The notes under the pieces: model-generated
Seen by the model: only the letters and a program-made list of their open reading frames with translations
What the model was told of the DNA's origin: nothing
Database searches by the model: none
Assembly (NCBI GenBank): GCA_963726745.1
Contig: CAVSDR010000006.1
Location: forward strand, 960,001 to 1,024,000
DNA length: 64,000 nt
DNA from: an uncultured Verrucomicrobiae bacterium
GTDB lineage: Bacteria > Verrucomicrobiota > Verrucomicrobiia > Chthoniobacterales > UBA10450
Direction: 5' to 3'
Shown here: one piece after another, positions 41,141 to 51,360 of the stretch
How the letters are laid out: every line of letters begins with the position of its first letter
Position numbering within the stretch: the first letter of the stretch is position 1
Translations under genes and position numbers: made by a program

Positions 41141-42430
41141 GTGAAAATCCTGATCGTCGGCAGCGGCGGACGCGAACATGCGCTCGCCTGGAAACTGAAG
41201 CAGTCCCCCCGCGTGCGGGAGATTTTCACCGCTCCCGGGAACGCCGGGACCGCGCACGTGGGCGAGAACGTCCCGATCTCCGCGCACGAGATCGGGAAGC
41301 TGGCGGACTTTGCGCAGGCGCAAAGCATCGACCTCACGGTCATCGGCCCGGACGATCCGCTGGCCGCGGGCGTGGTCGATCTTTTCCAAGCCCGCGGACT
41401 GCGCGTCTTTGGCCCCACAAAGAGCGCGGCGCGGCTGGAATCGTCGAAGATTTTTGCGAAGGAAATGATGCGCCGCAGCGGCGTGCCCACGGCGATGGCG
41501 GGCTCGTTTAGCAAGTCGGAGGACGCGCTCAAATTCTGCGAGCGCCTCGACTTTTACCCGAAGGTGATCAAGGCCGACGGTCTCGCACTCGGCAAGGGCG
41601 TGGTCATCGCGCAGACCTGCGACGAGGCCAAGGCGGCGATCGACGAAATGATGAACCAGCAGCGCTTCGGCGAAGCGGGACAGCGCATCGTGGTGGAGGA
41701 ATTTCTCCGCGGCACCGAGTGCTCGCTGCATGCGCTGGTGAGTGGCGAGCGCTATCTCCTGCTCGCGACCGCGCGCGACCACAAGCGCGCGCTCGAGGGC
41801 GACCGCGGGCCGAACACCGGCGGGATGGGCGCGCTCAGCCCGGCCGAGAATTGGGGCGCGGCCGAGGAGGAACGGTTTCATCGCGAGATCATGTGGCCGT
41901 TGCTCGAAGGTCTGCGGCAGCAGGGGATCGGTTTTCGCGGCCTGCTTTTCCCGGGGGTGATGTTGACCGCGGAAGGTCCGCGCGTGCTCGAGTTTAACTG
42001 CCGCTTCGGCGACCCGGAGACGCAGGCGATCCTCCCGCGTTTGCGCTCGGATTTGCTCGAGCTGCTCGAGGCGACGGTCGACGGCACCCTCGAAAAAGTC
42101 GCGCTCGAGTGGGATCCGCGCTGCGCGGTCACGGTGGTCATGGCTTCCGGCGGTTACCCCGGAAAATACGAGACCGGCCGCGAAATCCATGGGCTCGAGG
42201 AGTGCCGCGAGCTCGAAGACGTGGAGGTCTTCCACGCGGGCACGCGTCTCGAGAGCGGCCGCGTGGTCACGGCCGGCGGGCGCGTGCTCGCGGTGACCGC
42301 GCTGGGCGAGGACGTCGCGCAAGCGCGCGCGCGGGCCTACGCGGCGGTCGAACGGATTCGCTTCGAAGGGGCGCATTACCGGCGGGACATTGCCCTCCCG
42401 GCGGTTGCGGCTAAGGTCGCAGGCCACTGA
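41141..42430 (+). CDS. purD: phosphoribosylamine--glycine ligase
   Basis: GSGGREHA, LESSK.FAK, KADGLA.GKGV, GPNTGGMG, EFNCRFGDPE, GGRVL. Confidence 0.97.
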   Translation: MKILIVGSGGREHALAWKLKQSPRVREIFTAPGNAGTAHVGENVPISAHEIGKLADFAQAQSIDLTVIGPDDPLAAGVVDLFQARGLRVFGPTKSAARLESSKIFAKEMMRRSGVPTAMAGSFSKSEDALKFCERLDFYPKVIKADGLALGKGVVIAQTCDEAKAAIDEMMNQQRFGEAGQRIVVEEFLRGTECSLHALVSGERYLLLATARDHKRALEGDRGPNTGGMGALSPAENWGAAEEERFHREIMWPLLEGLRQQGIGFRGLLFPGVMLTAEGPRVLEFNCRFGDPETQAILPRLRSDLLELLEATVDGTLEKVALEWDPRCAVTVVMASGGYPGKYETGREIHGLEECRELEDVEVFHAGTRLESGRVVTAGGRVLAVTALGEDVAQARARAYAAVERIRFEGAHYRRDIALPAVAAKVAGH

Positions 42431-43518
42431 TGTCGCGCCGCCTTTTCCTTCTCTTCTCGGCGGCGCTCTTTTTCACGGATGCTCTCCAGGCGCAATCGCC
42501 CGCGCCCAGCCCATCGGCCACGGCGTCGCCCACGCCCGCACCGTCGCCCACTACAGAAGAAATAGTCGGCAAGATGGCGCCGGCCGATCTCCAGCAGGCG
42601 ATCCAGTTGCTCAAGAGCAATTACATCAACCCGGAAGCGTTAAGCGAAGTGGAGTTGAATCGTGCGATGCTCCTGGGCGTGGTCGAGCGCCTCGGTCCGG
42701 GCGCCCTCGTCCTCGCGGAGCGGGCGACGCAGCCTAACGAGACCAGCGCGCCGTTCTTCGGCGAAGTGCTCGAAGGCCATGTGGCCTACCTGCGCTTCGG
42801 TGCGCTGACCCCGGCGAATCTCCAGGCGCTCGACGCCTTCTGGGGCACGCTCCAGGCCAAGAAAATCGACGCGGTGGTGGTCGACCTGCGCGCGAGCGCA
42901 ACCACGAACGACTTCGCGCTCGCGGCCGAGTTTGCCAAGCGTTTCGTGGCCCGCGGGAAGCCGCTCTTCACCCTGCGAAAAAGCTCGGCCAAGCAGGAGC
43001 GGACCTTCGCAAATGAGCGCGAGCCGCTTTTCCAAGGTCTCCTCCTGGTGCTCGCGGACGAGGAAACCGCCGGGCCCGCGGAAGCGATTGCCGGCATTTC
43101 CCGTCTCTACAGCAAGGCGCTCGTGATCGGCCAGCCGACCGCCGGCCAGGCGGTGGAATATGCCGACCTGCCGATGAGCGGAGGACGCATCCTGCGCGTG
43201 GCCGTGGCCGAGGCCATCCTGCCCGATGGCCGCTCGCTCTTTCCCCGCGGGGTCGCGCCGGATCTCGCGGTGCAAATGCTCGCGGCCGACAAGCGCACCG
43301 TCTTTGAGCAAAGCCGCGAGAAAGGGATCGCGCCGTTTATTTTCGAAAACGAACGCCCGCACCTGAACGAGGCCGCGCTCCTCGCCGGGCGCAACCCGGA
43401 GATCGAGGCCATGGAAGCCGCGCAACGCCGTCGGAACGAGAAACCAAAAACGCTCGACCCGGTGCTGCAACGCGCGATCGACGTGATCACTTCTCTCGCG
43501 ATTTACCAGCAAAAGTAG
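42430..43518 (+). CDS. S41 (CtpA-like) peptidase homolog, catalytic residues apparently substituted
   Basis: Signal peptide, AYLRF, VVDLR, LVLAD..TAGPAE, VIGQPTAGQA, GV.PD, DPVLQRA. Confidence 0.75.
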   Translation: MSRRLFLLFSAALFFTDALQAQSPAPSPSATASPTPAPSPTTEEIVGKMAPADLQQAIQLLKSNYINPEALSEVELNRAMLLGVVERLGPGALVLAERATQPNETSAPFFGEVLEGHVAYLRFGALTPANLQALDAFWGTLQAKKIDAVVVDLRASATTNDFALAAEFAKRFVARGKPLFTLRKSSAKQERTFANEREPLFQGLLLVLADEETAGPAEAIAGISRLYSKALVIGQPTAGQAVEYADLPMSGGRILRVAVAEAILPDGRSLFPRGVAPDLAVQMLAADKRTVFEQSREKGIAPFIFENERPHLNEAALLAGRNPEIEAMEAAQRRRNEKPKTLDPVLQRAIDVITSLAIYQQK

Positions 43519-43526
43519 CCCGCCCC

Positions 43527-44225
43527 GTGAACCCGCTCGAGGAACGCATCGGCCACAAATTTCGCAACTCGCTCCTGCTCGCGGAAGCGCTCACGCATCC
43601 CAGCCTGGGTCACGAAACCCAGCGGCATCACTTCGATAATCAGCGCCTGGAGTTCCTCGGCGATGCCGTCCTGCAGCTTATCATCACCGAGCATCTCTAC
43701 GCGCTTTTCCCGCGCGAACCCGAAGGCCGGCTGACGAAATTGCGTTCGCGCCTGGTTTCGCGCGAAGCGCTCCGCGGCCATGCCCACCGGCTGGAGCTGG
43801 GGAAATTCCTCCTCATGGGCCGCGGCGAGGAAGCCAGCGGCGGGCGCGAGCGGACCTCGACTTTAGCCGACGCTTTCGAGGCGCTCCTGGGCGCGATTTA
43901 TCTCGATACCGATCTCGCAACCGCGCGGCGTTTTGTCCTCGCGCTCGCGAGCGATGACCTCGCCCTGATCGAACAGGAGCCGGTCGACATCAACCCAAAG
44001 GGCCACCTGCAGGAGACGCTGCAGGCGATCTCGCCGCGCAGTCCGGTTTACCAGCTGCTTTCAGAGAGCGGGCGCGAGCACGAGAAGACGTTCGTGGTGC
44101 GCGTCGTCTGGGAAGGGATCTCGCTCGGCGAAGGCAGCGGCAAAAGCAAAAAGCAGGCGGAAACCGCGGCCGCGATCGTCGCCATGCAGCAGCGCGCCTG
44201 GGAACGGACCTTTCCCTCGGACTAA
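43527..44225 (+). CDS. rnc: ribonuclease III
   Basis: ALTHPS, NQRLEFLGDAVL, ADAFEALLGAIYLD, dsRBD. Confidence 0.96.
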   Translation: MNPLEERIGHKFRNSLLLAEALTHPSLGHETQRHHFDNQRLEFLGDAVLQLIITEHLYALFPREPEGRLTKLRSRLVSREALRGHAHRLELGKFLLMGRGEEASGGRERTSTLADAFEALLGAIYLDTDLATARRFVLALASDDLALIEQEPVDINPKGHLQETLQAISPRSPVYQLLSESGREHEKTFVVRVVWEGISLGEGSGKSKKQAETAAAIVAMQQRAWERTFPSD

Positions 44226-45013
44226 AGCTCGTCCTGCGGCTGATGATTCAATGCCTGCAAGCCGTCTGCCCAGGTGAAGTGCTGCGCGATCGCGCGGCTC
44301 ACGTAATTTTTCGCCACGCGGATGGCGTCGGCTAAATCGCGTCCCGCGGCCAGGCCCGCGGCGATCGCGGCCGAGTAGGTGCAGCCGGTTCCGTGCGTCT
44401 GCACCCCGCGCGTGAAAGGGGCGGCAAATTCCTCCACGCCGCCCGCGGTGCAGAGCAGATCGATCGCGACTCTTCCGCCGAGATGCCCGCCCTTGAGCAA
44501 CACCGGCACGCCATAGCGCGCACGCAATTCCTCCCCTGCGGCGTGCATTTCCGCGAGCGCGCGTATCGGCCGGCCGAGCAGCGTGGAAGCTTCATCGAGA
44601 TTCGGCGTGAGCACCGCCGCCAGCGGGAAAAGCTCGCGCTCATAAGTGCTCACGGCTTCGGCCTGCAAGAGGAGATCGCCACTCGTCGCCACCATCACCG
44701 GATCGACCACCAGGGGAATGGTGCCCCCGCGCAGGACTTCGACCACGCGCGCGACAATCTCCGGCGAATGCAACAGGCCGGTCTTGATCGCGCCCACGGG
44801 AAAATTAGCCAGCAAGATGCGAATTTGTTCCGCGACCATTTCGGGCGCGACCGGGTCGATGCGCGTGACTTTGCCGGGCGTCTCTGCGACCACACAGGTG
44901 AGCGCAGTTAAGCCGTAAACGCCGAGCGCACTGAAGGTCTTCAGGTCCGCCTGCGCGCCCGCGCCAGCGCTGCAATCCGAGCCCGCGATCGTGAGCGCTA
45001 CGGGAATGCTCAT
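44222..45013 (-). CDS. thiD: hydroxymethylpyrimidine/phosphomethylpyrimidine kinase
   Basis: LTIAGSD.SAGAG.QADLK, VVDPVM, TPNL.EA, LKGGH, THGTGCT. Confidence 0.95.
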   Translation of the reverse strand: MSIPVALTIAGSDCSAGAGAQADLKTFSALGVYGLTALTCVVAETPGKVTRIDPVAPEMVAEQIRILLANFPVGAIKTGLLHSPEIVARVVEVLRGGTIPLVVDPVMVATSGDLLLQAEAVSTYERELFPLAAVLTPNLDEASTLLGRPIRALAEMHAAGEELRARYGVPVLLKGGHLGGRVAIDLLCTAGGVEEFAAPFTRGVQTHGTGCTYSAAIAAGLAAGRDLADAIRVAKNYVSRAIAQHFTWADGLQALNHQPQDEL

Positions 45014-45040
45014 GCTGCGCCGCGGTGCGGCTACTGCTCG

Positions 45041-45274
45041 TTAGGCGCCGTCGGCGCCGATGGCCTCGACCGGGCAGCCTTCCATCGCTTCCTTGCAGAG
45101 GGCTTCCTCGTCGGGCGATTCCGGCTGCTTGTAGACAAAGGAATGGCCGCCGTCGTCGTTCCGCTTGAAGTTCGCGGGTGCGGTTTCACGGCAGAGATCG
45201 CAGTCGATGCACTGGTCGTCCACGTAGAAAGTGCCGCCTACGTTTTCGGGATATTTGTTTGCTGCGTCAGCCAT
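45041..45274 (-). CDS. single-cluster ferredoxin
   Basis: CIDCDLC...CPVEAI. Confidence 0.92.
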   Translation of the reverse strand: MADAANKYPENVGGTFYVDDQCIDCDLCRETAPANFKRNDDGGHSFVYKQPESPDEEALCKEAMEGCPVEAIGADGA

Positions 45275-45385
45275 TTTTCCTAGGGAAATTAGGGCGCAAG
45301 ATTAAAAAGAAACCACCGCGGCGCAATGCTTATTTGCGAAACGCGGCCTCTCCCGCGCAACCATCCGCAACGCCAGAGGCGAAGG

Positions 45386-45661
45386 ATGAGTGTGCCCACG
45401 GTGAAGCGTCAAAAGAGCAAAGCCTCCGCTGGCAAGACGGTGCGCGCGCTCCTGCTCGAGCTGCCGATCTACGGCGCGCTCGTCGTCGGCTACTTCTTCG
45501 CGGTCCTGCATTTCCTCAGCGACTGGCTGCAGCATCTCCATCAGCACCAGACCTTCGCCTACGCGATCGTCGCGATCGTGCTCGTGATCGGCCAGGCCGT
45601 CGTCCTCGAGTGGGTCAGCACGCTCTTGCTCCGGTTTTTCCAGGGAGGCCGCTCGGAGTAA
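45386..45661 (+). CDS. small two-TM membrane protein
   Basis: Two hydrophobic segments; first gene of an apparent operon with TauE and USP genes. Confidence 0.65.
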   Translation: MSVPTVKRQKSKASAGKTVRALLLELPIYGALVVGYFFAVLHFLSDWLQHLHQHQTFAYAIVAIVLVIGQAVVLEWVSTLLLRFFQGGRSE

Positions 45662-45667
45662 TCGCAA

Positions 45668-46564
45668 ATGCATTTCCCGATTTCCGGCGCGGAGATCAAT
45701 CCGTTCTATCTCGTCTTCATCGGCTTCCTTATCGGGATGCTCGGCGGCTTTTTCGGCGTTGGCGGCAGCTTCATCGCCGGGCCGGCCTTGCGCGCCGTCG
45801 GGTTGGATTGGAATTTCGCCGTCGGCACTGATCTTGCCCATATCGTCGGCAAATCGGTCGTAGCCGCGAAGCGTCACCGCGCGCTCGGGAATGTCGACCT
45901 GCGCCTCGGCTTGATCATGGCGCTCGGGACCATCGGCGGCGCGGAAGTAGGGGCGCAGTTGATCGAGGCGCTGAAGCGCGCGGGCAACGTCAACTTTGTC
46001 GTCAGCATCGTCTCGGTCACGATCTACGTGAGCATCTCCGGCTTCATGGCCTGGGAAGGCTGGCGCACCTTGCGGACGAAGCGCGGGAAGCGCACGCGGG
46101 ACCACAATTCCTTCGCCGGGCTCACCCGCGCGGTTCAACGGATCCAGCTCGCGCCGATGATCTCGCTGCCTGCTTCCGGGGTGAAGTCGATCAGCATCTG
46201 GGTGATTATTTTCGTCTCCTTCTTTGCCGGGTTGCTGGCCGGCTTTCTCGGCGGCGGCGGTGGCTACATCCGCATGCCGATGCTGGTTTACGTGCTCGGA
46301 ATTCCCACGCACCTGGCCGTGGGCACAGACCTCTTCGAGATCATCATTTCGGCCAGCTACGGCACCTTCACCCACGCGATGAAAGGCAACGTCGACATCA
46401 TGATCGCGCTCGTGATGCACACCGGCGCGGCCATCGGCGCGCAGATCGGCGCGATCGCCACGCAATATTTCACCGGCCCAAAAATCCGCCTCGCCTTCGT
46501 GCCGCTGCCGTTGATCGGCGCGGCCATCGTCATTTACACTTTGCTCACCGGAAACAAACTTTAG
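45668..46564 (+). CDS. sulfite exporter TauE/SafE (TSUP) family protein
   Basis: Repeated GFFGVGG...P and GFLGGGGG..MP, AVGTDL twice; multi-TM. Confidence 0.9.
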   Translation: MHFPISGAEINPFYLVFIGFLIGMLGGFFGVGGSFIAGPALRAVGLDWNFAVGTDLAHIVGKSVVAAKRHRALGNVDLRLGLIMALGTIGGAEVGAQLIEALKRAGNVNFVVSIVSVTIYVSISGFMAWEGWRTLRTKRGKRTRDHNSFAGLTRAVQRIQLAPMISLPASGVKSISIWVIIFVSFFAGLLAGFLGGGGGYIRMPMLVYVLGIPTHLAVGTDLFEIIISASYGTFTHAMKGNVDIMIALVMHTGAAIGAQIGAIATQYFTGPKIRLAFVPLPLIGAAIVIYTLLTGNKL

Positions 46565-46571
46565 CGAACCG

Positions 46572-47447
46572 ATGCGTCTCTTGATTTGCAGCGATGGAAC
46601 CGAGACGGCCGACAAGCCGGCGCACATCGGCGGCATCGTTGCCGGCGCCTGCCGGGCGGAGGTGACGCTGCTCGGGATCGCCGAGCGCGAACCGGACGAG
46701 CCTGCGCTCCGCCGCGCGCTCGAAACCGAGGCCGCAACGTTGCGGAAGCTCGGGGTCGAGCCGGCGATCGTGCTCCGCCATGGCGAACCGATCGCGCAAA
46801 TCCTCCACCAGACGGTCGAGGAAAAGTCCGATCTCGTAGTCGTAGGCGCGCGCGGTCGGCGGATCAGCGGCGAGTTCACCCATTCGCCGCGCACCTACGA
46901 GGTGATCAAGGCCATCCCGGCGCCGGTGCTTATCGCCACCGGGCGTTGCGACCAGGTCGCGAAATTTCTCGTCTGCACCGGCGGCAAAAAATACATCGAC
47001 GACGCGGTCAAGCTCACCGGCGAAATCGCCGCCTGCGCCGGCGCCTCCGTTACCTTGCTCCATGTGATGGCCGAGCCGCCGGCGATCTATGCCGACCTCG
47101 CGCGGCTCGAGGAAGACGTGGAGGGACTCCTCGCCGGCGAATCCGAACTGGGTCGGAATTTGCGCACGCAAAAAGAAGGGCTGGAGAAGCTGGGCGTGCC
47201 CGTGGCCGTGCGCGTCCGCCAGGGCTTCGTGCTCGACGAAGTTTTCCGCGAGCTTGCCGAGGGCGATTACGACCTGATCGTCACCGGCTCCTCGCAAGCG
47301 CGCGGGCCGCTGCGGCATTACATCATGGGCGACATCACCCGCAGCATCGTCAATCGCGCGCGCTGTCCGGTGCTGGTCGCGCGGCCCGCGGCGCACGGCG
47401 GCGGCGGAATCTGGTCGGCGTTCAAGAACGCCCTCGGCCTTTCGTAG
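46572..47447 (+). CDS. universal stress protein (tandem USP domains)
   Basis: G.P..QIL...DLVVVGARG; DLIVTGS...MGDITRSIV..A.CPVLV. Confidence 0.9.
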   Translation: MRLLICSDGTETADKPAHIGGIVAGACRAEVTLLGIAEREPDEPALRRALETEAATLRKLGVEPAIVLRHGEPIAQILHQTVEEKSDLVVVGARGRRISGEFTHSPRTYEVIKAIPAPVLIATGRCDQVAKFLVCTGGKKYIDDAVKLTGEIAACAGASVTLLHVMAEPPAIYADLARLEEDVEGLLAGESELGRNLRTQKEGLEKLGVPVAVRVRQGFVLDEVFRELAEGDYDLIVTGSSQARGPLRHYIMGDITRSIVNRARCPVLVARPAAHGGGGIWSAFKNALGLS

Positions 47448-47458
47448 CCGCGCCAGAT

Positions 47459-48241
47459 TTAGCCGTCGTCTTCACTCGGCCGCAGCGCGGCAATCCCGCC
47501 GCTCTGCGCGCGCATCAGCGCCTCGCCGATCAGGACCGCGTTCACTCCGCAGGCCCGCACGCGCGCGATATCCGCCGCGCTCCGCAGTCCACTTTCACTC
47601 ACCAGGAGCATTCCATTCGGCACTTCCTCGCTCAGCGTTTCCGTCACCGCGAGATCGACCTCGAAGGTCGCGAGGTTGCGATTGTTGATCCCGATAATCT
47701 GCGCGTCGGTCTCGAGCGCCCGCTCCATCTCCGCGAGCGTGTGCACCTCCACGAGCACGTCGAGATGGTAACGCCCGGCCGCTTCCAGCAACTCGATCAA
47801 TTGCTCCTGCGCCAGCGCGGCCACGATCAGCAGGATGGCGTCCGCGCCCGCGGCCGAGGCCTCGGCGATCTGCACCTCGTCGAGGATGAAATCCTTCCGC
47901 AAGAGCGGCACCTCCACCGCCGCGCGGATCTGCGCGAGGTAATCCAGGTGACCCTGGAAAAATTGCTCATCGGTCAACACCGAGATCGCCTCCGCACCGG
48001 CGCGCGCGTAGTTCCGCGCGATCGCCACCGGGTCGAACGACTCCACGATCACCCCTGCAGAAGGCGAGGCTTTCTTCACCTCCGCGATGAGCGCCAGCCG
48101 ATCGGGCCCCTGGTCAAGCGCGGCGTGGAAGCTGCGAAAATCATTCCGCTGCAGCGCGCGCGCGCGCAATTCCTCGCGCCGTGGCCGCAGCCGCGCGATC
48201 TCCGCCCGTTTCACCTCGAGGATTTCGTCCAGCCGGCTCAC
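47459..48241 (-). CDS. trpC: indole-3-glycerol phosphate synthase
   Basis: IAEVKKASPS, ISVLTD..FF.G, LRKDFI, LVEVH, GINNRNL, VSESG. Confidence 0.96.
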   Translation of the reverse strand: MSRLDEILEVKRAEIARLRPRREELRARALQRNDFRSFHAALDQGPDRLALIAEVKKASPSAGVIVESFDPVAIARNYARAGAEAISVLTDEQFFQGHLDYLAQIRAAVEVPLLRKDFILDEVQIAEASAAGADAILLIVAALAQEQLIELLEAAGRYHLDVLVEVHTLAEMERALETDAQIIGINNRNLATFEVDLAVTETLSEEVPNGMLLVSESGLRSAADIARVRACGVNAVLIGEALMRAQSGGIAALRPSEDDG

Positions 48242-48268
48242 GCGTTTCTCTAGCAGAAGCGCACGATC

Positions 48269-49221
48269 TTGCACCGGAATCTCTCCGCCGCGCTCCGGCG
48301 TGCGTATCTTTCCCTGGTGTCTTCCCTTCCCTCACCGCGGCGCACGCGGCGCGCTGGCGTCTCGCGCTGGCTGCGCCATCTCCTGCGCGAGAGCACCGTG
48401 GAAGCGCGCCGGCCAGTGCCTGCCGCCTTTGCCCGACCCGAGCCGCACACCTGGCCTAACGACCGGATCACCGCTGCCTGGCTCGGCCACTCCAGTGTGC
48501 TGCTTAATTTCTGCGGCCTTCACATCCTGACCGATCCCGTTCTTTTCCCGCGCATCGGCGTTCGCCTGCCTGGCTTTACCCTGGGACCGAAACGCCTCAC
48601 TGCGCCTGCGCTGCGCGTCGAGGAGCTGCCGCCGATCGATCTCGTCCTGCTCTCGCACGCGCACTTCGATCACTTCGACCTGCGCACGCTCCATCAACTG
48701 CCGCGGAGCGCGGAAGTGATCACCGCCGCGCGCACCGCCGATCTCCTGCGCTGGACGCGTTTCCAGAAAAAAACCGAGCTCCGTTGGGGCGAGAGCGCAC
48801 AATTAGACAGCGGCTTGAAAGTGACCGCTTTCGAGGTGCGGCATTGGGGCGCGCGCCTGCAGACCGACACCTATCGCGGCTACAACGGCTACGTCCTCGA
48901 ACATCGCGGCCGGCGGATTCTTTTCGGAGGCGACACCGCGATGACGGATCATTTCGCAAGCCTCCGCGGCGCGCGGCCCTTCGATCTCGCACTCATGGCC
49001 ATCGGCGCCTACGATCCGTGGATCCGCGCGCACGCCACCCCGGAGGAAGCCATCGCCATGGCCGATGCCGCAGGCGCGGAACACATCATGCCGTTGCATC
49101 ACCAGACTTTTCGCCTGAGCGCGGAGCCCTTCCGCGAACCGATCGAGCGCTTCGAGGCGGCCCTGGCCGCGATCCGCATCGCGTCGCCTTGCGCGAGATC
49201 GGCGAAACTTTTCGCCTGTGA
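48269..49221 (+). CDS. MBL-fold metallo-hydrolase, RomA/NAPE-PLD-like (apparent frameshift near 49170)
   Basis: WLGHSS, LTDP, SHAHFDH, HWG, FGGDT, IGAYDP, H.TPEEA; C-terminal IGETFRL* in the shifted frame. Confidence 0.88.
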
Positions 49222-50380
49222 TCCGGCGCGCGCTGTTCGTGGGTTGGTTTCGGCGCCAGCGTGGTGCTCCTGCTTGGCTCGCTCTTCACCCTCGCGAGCG
49301 CGCCCAACGCCGTCTTCTGGATCATCGCAATCGTCTTTGCGGAATGGGGACATTGGATTGCGCCCGGCGCGTTCCTGCTCGCGCTCCTGGCCTTTCGCGG
49401 CGGAAAAATTGGGCGCGCCACCGCCGTGCTCGCGCTCGTGGCCGGCGCGCTTTGCCTCACGCCGACGCTCCGCGCGTGGCAACTTGCGCGCACTTTGCCG
49501 GAACGCTGCACTGCCGCTTTCGGCCCGGCGGAGATTGGCCGCGAGCCGTTCAAGTTGCTCACTCTTTTTCGCGGAGTGCCGACCGATGGCGTCAGCCGCA
49601 CCGAGCACATCTACGGACGACCCGAAGGAAAAAAACTCACGCTCGATTTCTATCAAACGGACGCGGGCAAGCAGGCGCGGCCGCTCATCATCACGGTGCA
49701 CGGGGGCGCTTGGGATCGCGGCAGCCGCCGCGAGTTGCCGGCGATCAATCGCTACCTCGCGCATCGCGGCTATGCGGTCGCGGCGATCGATTACCGCCTC
49801 GCGCCGAAGTGGACTTTCCCCGCGCCGGTGGACGATGTCTTCCGCGCGATCGATTACTTGAAAGCGCACGCGCAAGAGCTGCGGATCGATCCTTCGCGCA
49901 TCGCGATTTTCGGCCGCTCCGCCGGCGGCCAGATCGCGCTTTCCGCCGGCTACGCCGGGCGCGATCCGGGCATCCGCGCGGTGATCGATTTCTACGGCCC
50001 GGCCGACCTCTTGTTAGGCTACAACGTCCCCAGCCGGAAGTGGGTCCTCGACTCTCAGCAGTCGCTCATCCAATACGTCCCCGGCACGCCCGACTCGAAT
50101 CCCGCCGGCTACCGCGCGGCTTCCGCGATCCAGTTCGTCGATGCGCACACGCCGCCGACCTTCCTGCTCCACGGCCGGCTGGACCCGATCGTTTGGCCGA
50201 TGCAAAGCGAGGCGCTGGCGGCGAAATTAGCCAGCGAGATGCGGCCGCATTTGTTCCTTGAATTGCCGTGGGCCACGCATGGCTGCGATGCGAATCTCAG
50301 CGGGCCGAGCGGCCAGCTCGCGCTCTACGTGCTCGATCGCCTGCTCGCTTCCGTCTTCGCCGAGCCAGACGACTCGTTAG
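49218..50380 (+). CDS. membrane-anchored alpha/beta hydrolase (esterase/lipase); apparent frameshifts near 49250 and near the 3' end
   Basis: HGGAW oxyanion motif, GRSAGG nucleophile, D in LDPIV, H in ATHG; N-terminal TMs; end coordinate approximate. Confidence 0.85.
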
Positions 50381-51258
50381 GCCAGTTCCACCCCGGTCAG
50401 CCGCTGGAAGGCTTCCCGGTATTTTGCCGTCGTTTTCTCGATCACATCCGCCGGGAGATGCGGGCCGGGCGGCATCTTGTCCCACGAGAGCGTCTCGAGA
50501 TAGTCGCGCACGAATTGCTTGTCGAAACTCGGCGGGCTTTGGCCGACGACGTATTGATCGGCCGGCCAAAAACGCGAGGAATCCGGCGTGAGGCATTCAT
50601 CGATCAGCAACAACTCGCCGTCTAAAAGCCCGAACTCGAACTTCGTGTCCGCGACGATGATCCCCCGCTCCGCGGCATGCGCGCGGCCGGCTTCGTAAAC
50701 CTTGAGGCTCAGGTCGCGCACTTCGCGCGCGCGTTCCTCGCCGATCATCCGGCAACACTCCGCCCAGTCGATATTCAGGTCGTGGCCGGCCTCGCTCTTG
50801 GTCGACGGGGTGAAGATCGGCTCGGGCAACTGCGAGGCCAGCTGCAGATTAGCCGGCAACTTGTGCCCGCAAACTTCCCCTGTGGCTTGGTAATCTTTCC
50901 AACCGGAACCCGCGAGATACCCGCGCACGACGCACTCCACCGGGAGCGGCTCGGTCTTGCGCACGATCATCGAGCGCCCCTCGAGCACCTCACGAAAGTC
51001 CGCCAGCTCCGGCGGCAATTCGAACTGCGCCGCGAGCAGGTGGGTCTTCAGAAAAGTGAAGCGTCCGAACCAAAAAGCGGAGATCTGGTTCAAGACCGCG
51101 CCTTTGTCGGGAATTGGATCCGGCAGGATGACGTCGAACGCTGAAAGCCGATCCGTGGCCACGAAGAGGAGGTTGTCTCCGAGGTCGAAGACCTCGCGCA
51201 CTTTGCCGCTGCGGAGCTTCGGGATGGGGAGATCGAGCGAAGAGATCGGGGCGGGCAT
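50377..51258 (-). CDS. purC: phosphoribosylaminoimidazolesuccinocarboxamide synthase
   Basis: [54 protein letters not shown]. Confidence 0.97.
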   Translation of the reverse strand: MPAPISSLDLPIPKLRSGKVREVFDLGDNLLFVATDRLSAFDVILPDPIPDKGAVLNQISAFWFGRFTFLKTHLLAAQFELPPELADFREVLEGRSMIVRKTEPLPVECVVRGYLAGSGWKDYQATGEVCGHKLPANLQLASQLPEPIFTPSTKSEAGHDLNIDWAECCRMIGEERAREVRDLSLKVYEAGRAHAAERGIIVADTKFEFGLLDGELLLIDECLTPDSSRFWPADQYVVGQSPPSFDKQFVRDYLETLSWDKMPPGPHLPADVIEKTTAKYREAFQRLTGVELA

Positions 51259-51264
51259 CTCCGA

Positions 51265-51352
51265 AAACGTTCCACGTCCAAGGTCCAAGGTTCAACGTCC
51301 AAATGGCCGCTGCGTTCAACGTTGGACGTTGCGCGTCGGACGTTGGACGTTG
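51265..51352. repeat. inverted-repeat element built from 7-bp tandem units (AACGTCC/GGACGTT)
   Basis: AACGTTC CACGTCC AAGGTCC AAGGTTC AACGTCC ... GGACGTT GCGCGTC GGACGTT GGACGTT. Confidence 0.85.
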
Positions 51353-51360
51353 CCCCTTCC

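Noticed and set aside
40685..42427. Long antisense or alternate-frame ORFs (e.g. 40685..42427, 18495..19289, 20500..22011, 46586..48253, 60086..61078)
   Set aside because: Shadow ORFs expected in high-GC DNA; they overlap well-supported genes and lack motifs. Only the HxlR and AKR portions are real.
50381..50625. Hydrolase C-terminus overlapping purC by about 250 nt
   Set aside because: The fold ends near 50360 and a TAG lies at 50378-50380 in an adjacent frame; read-through probably reflects an indel.
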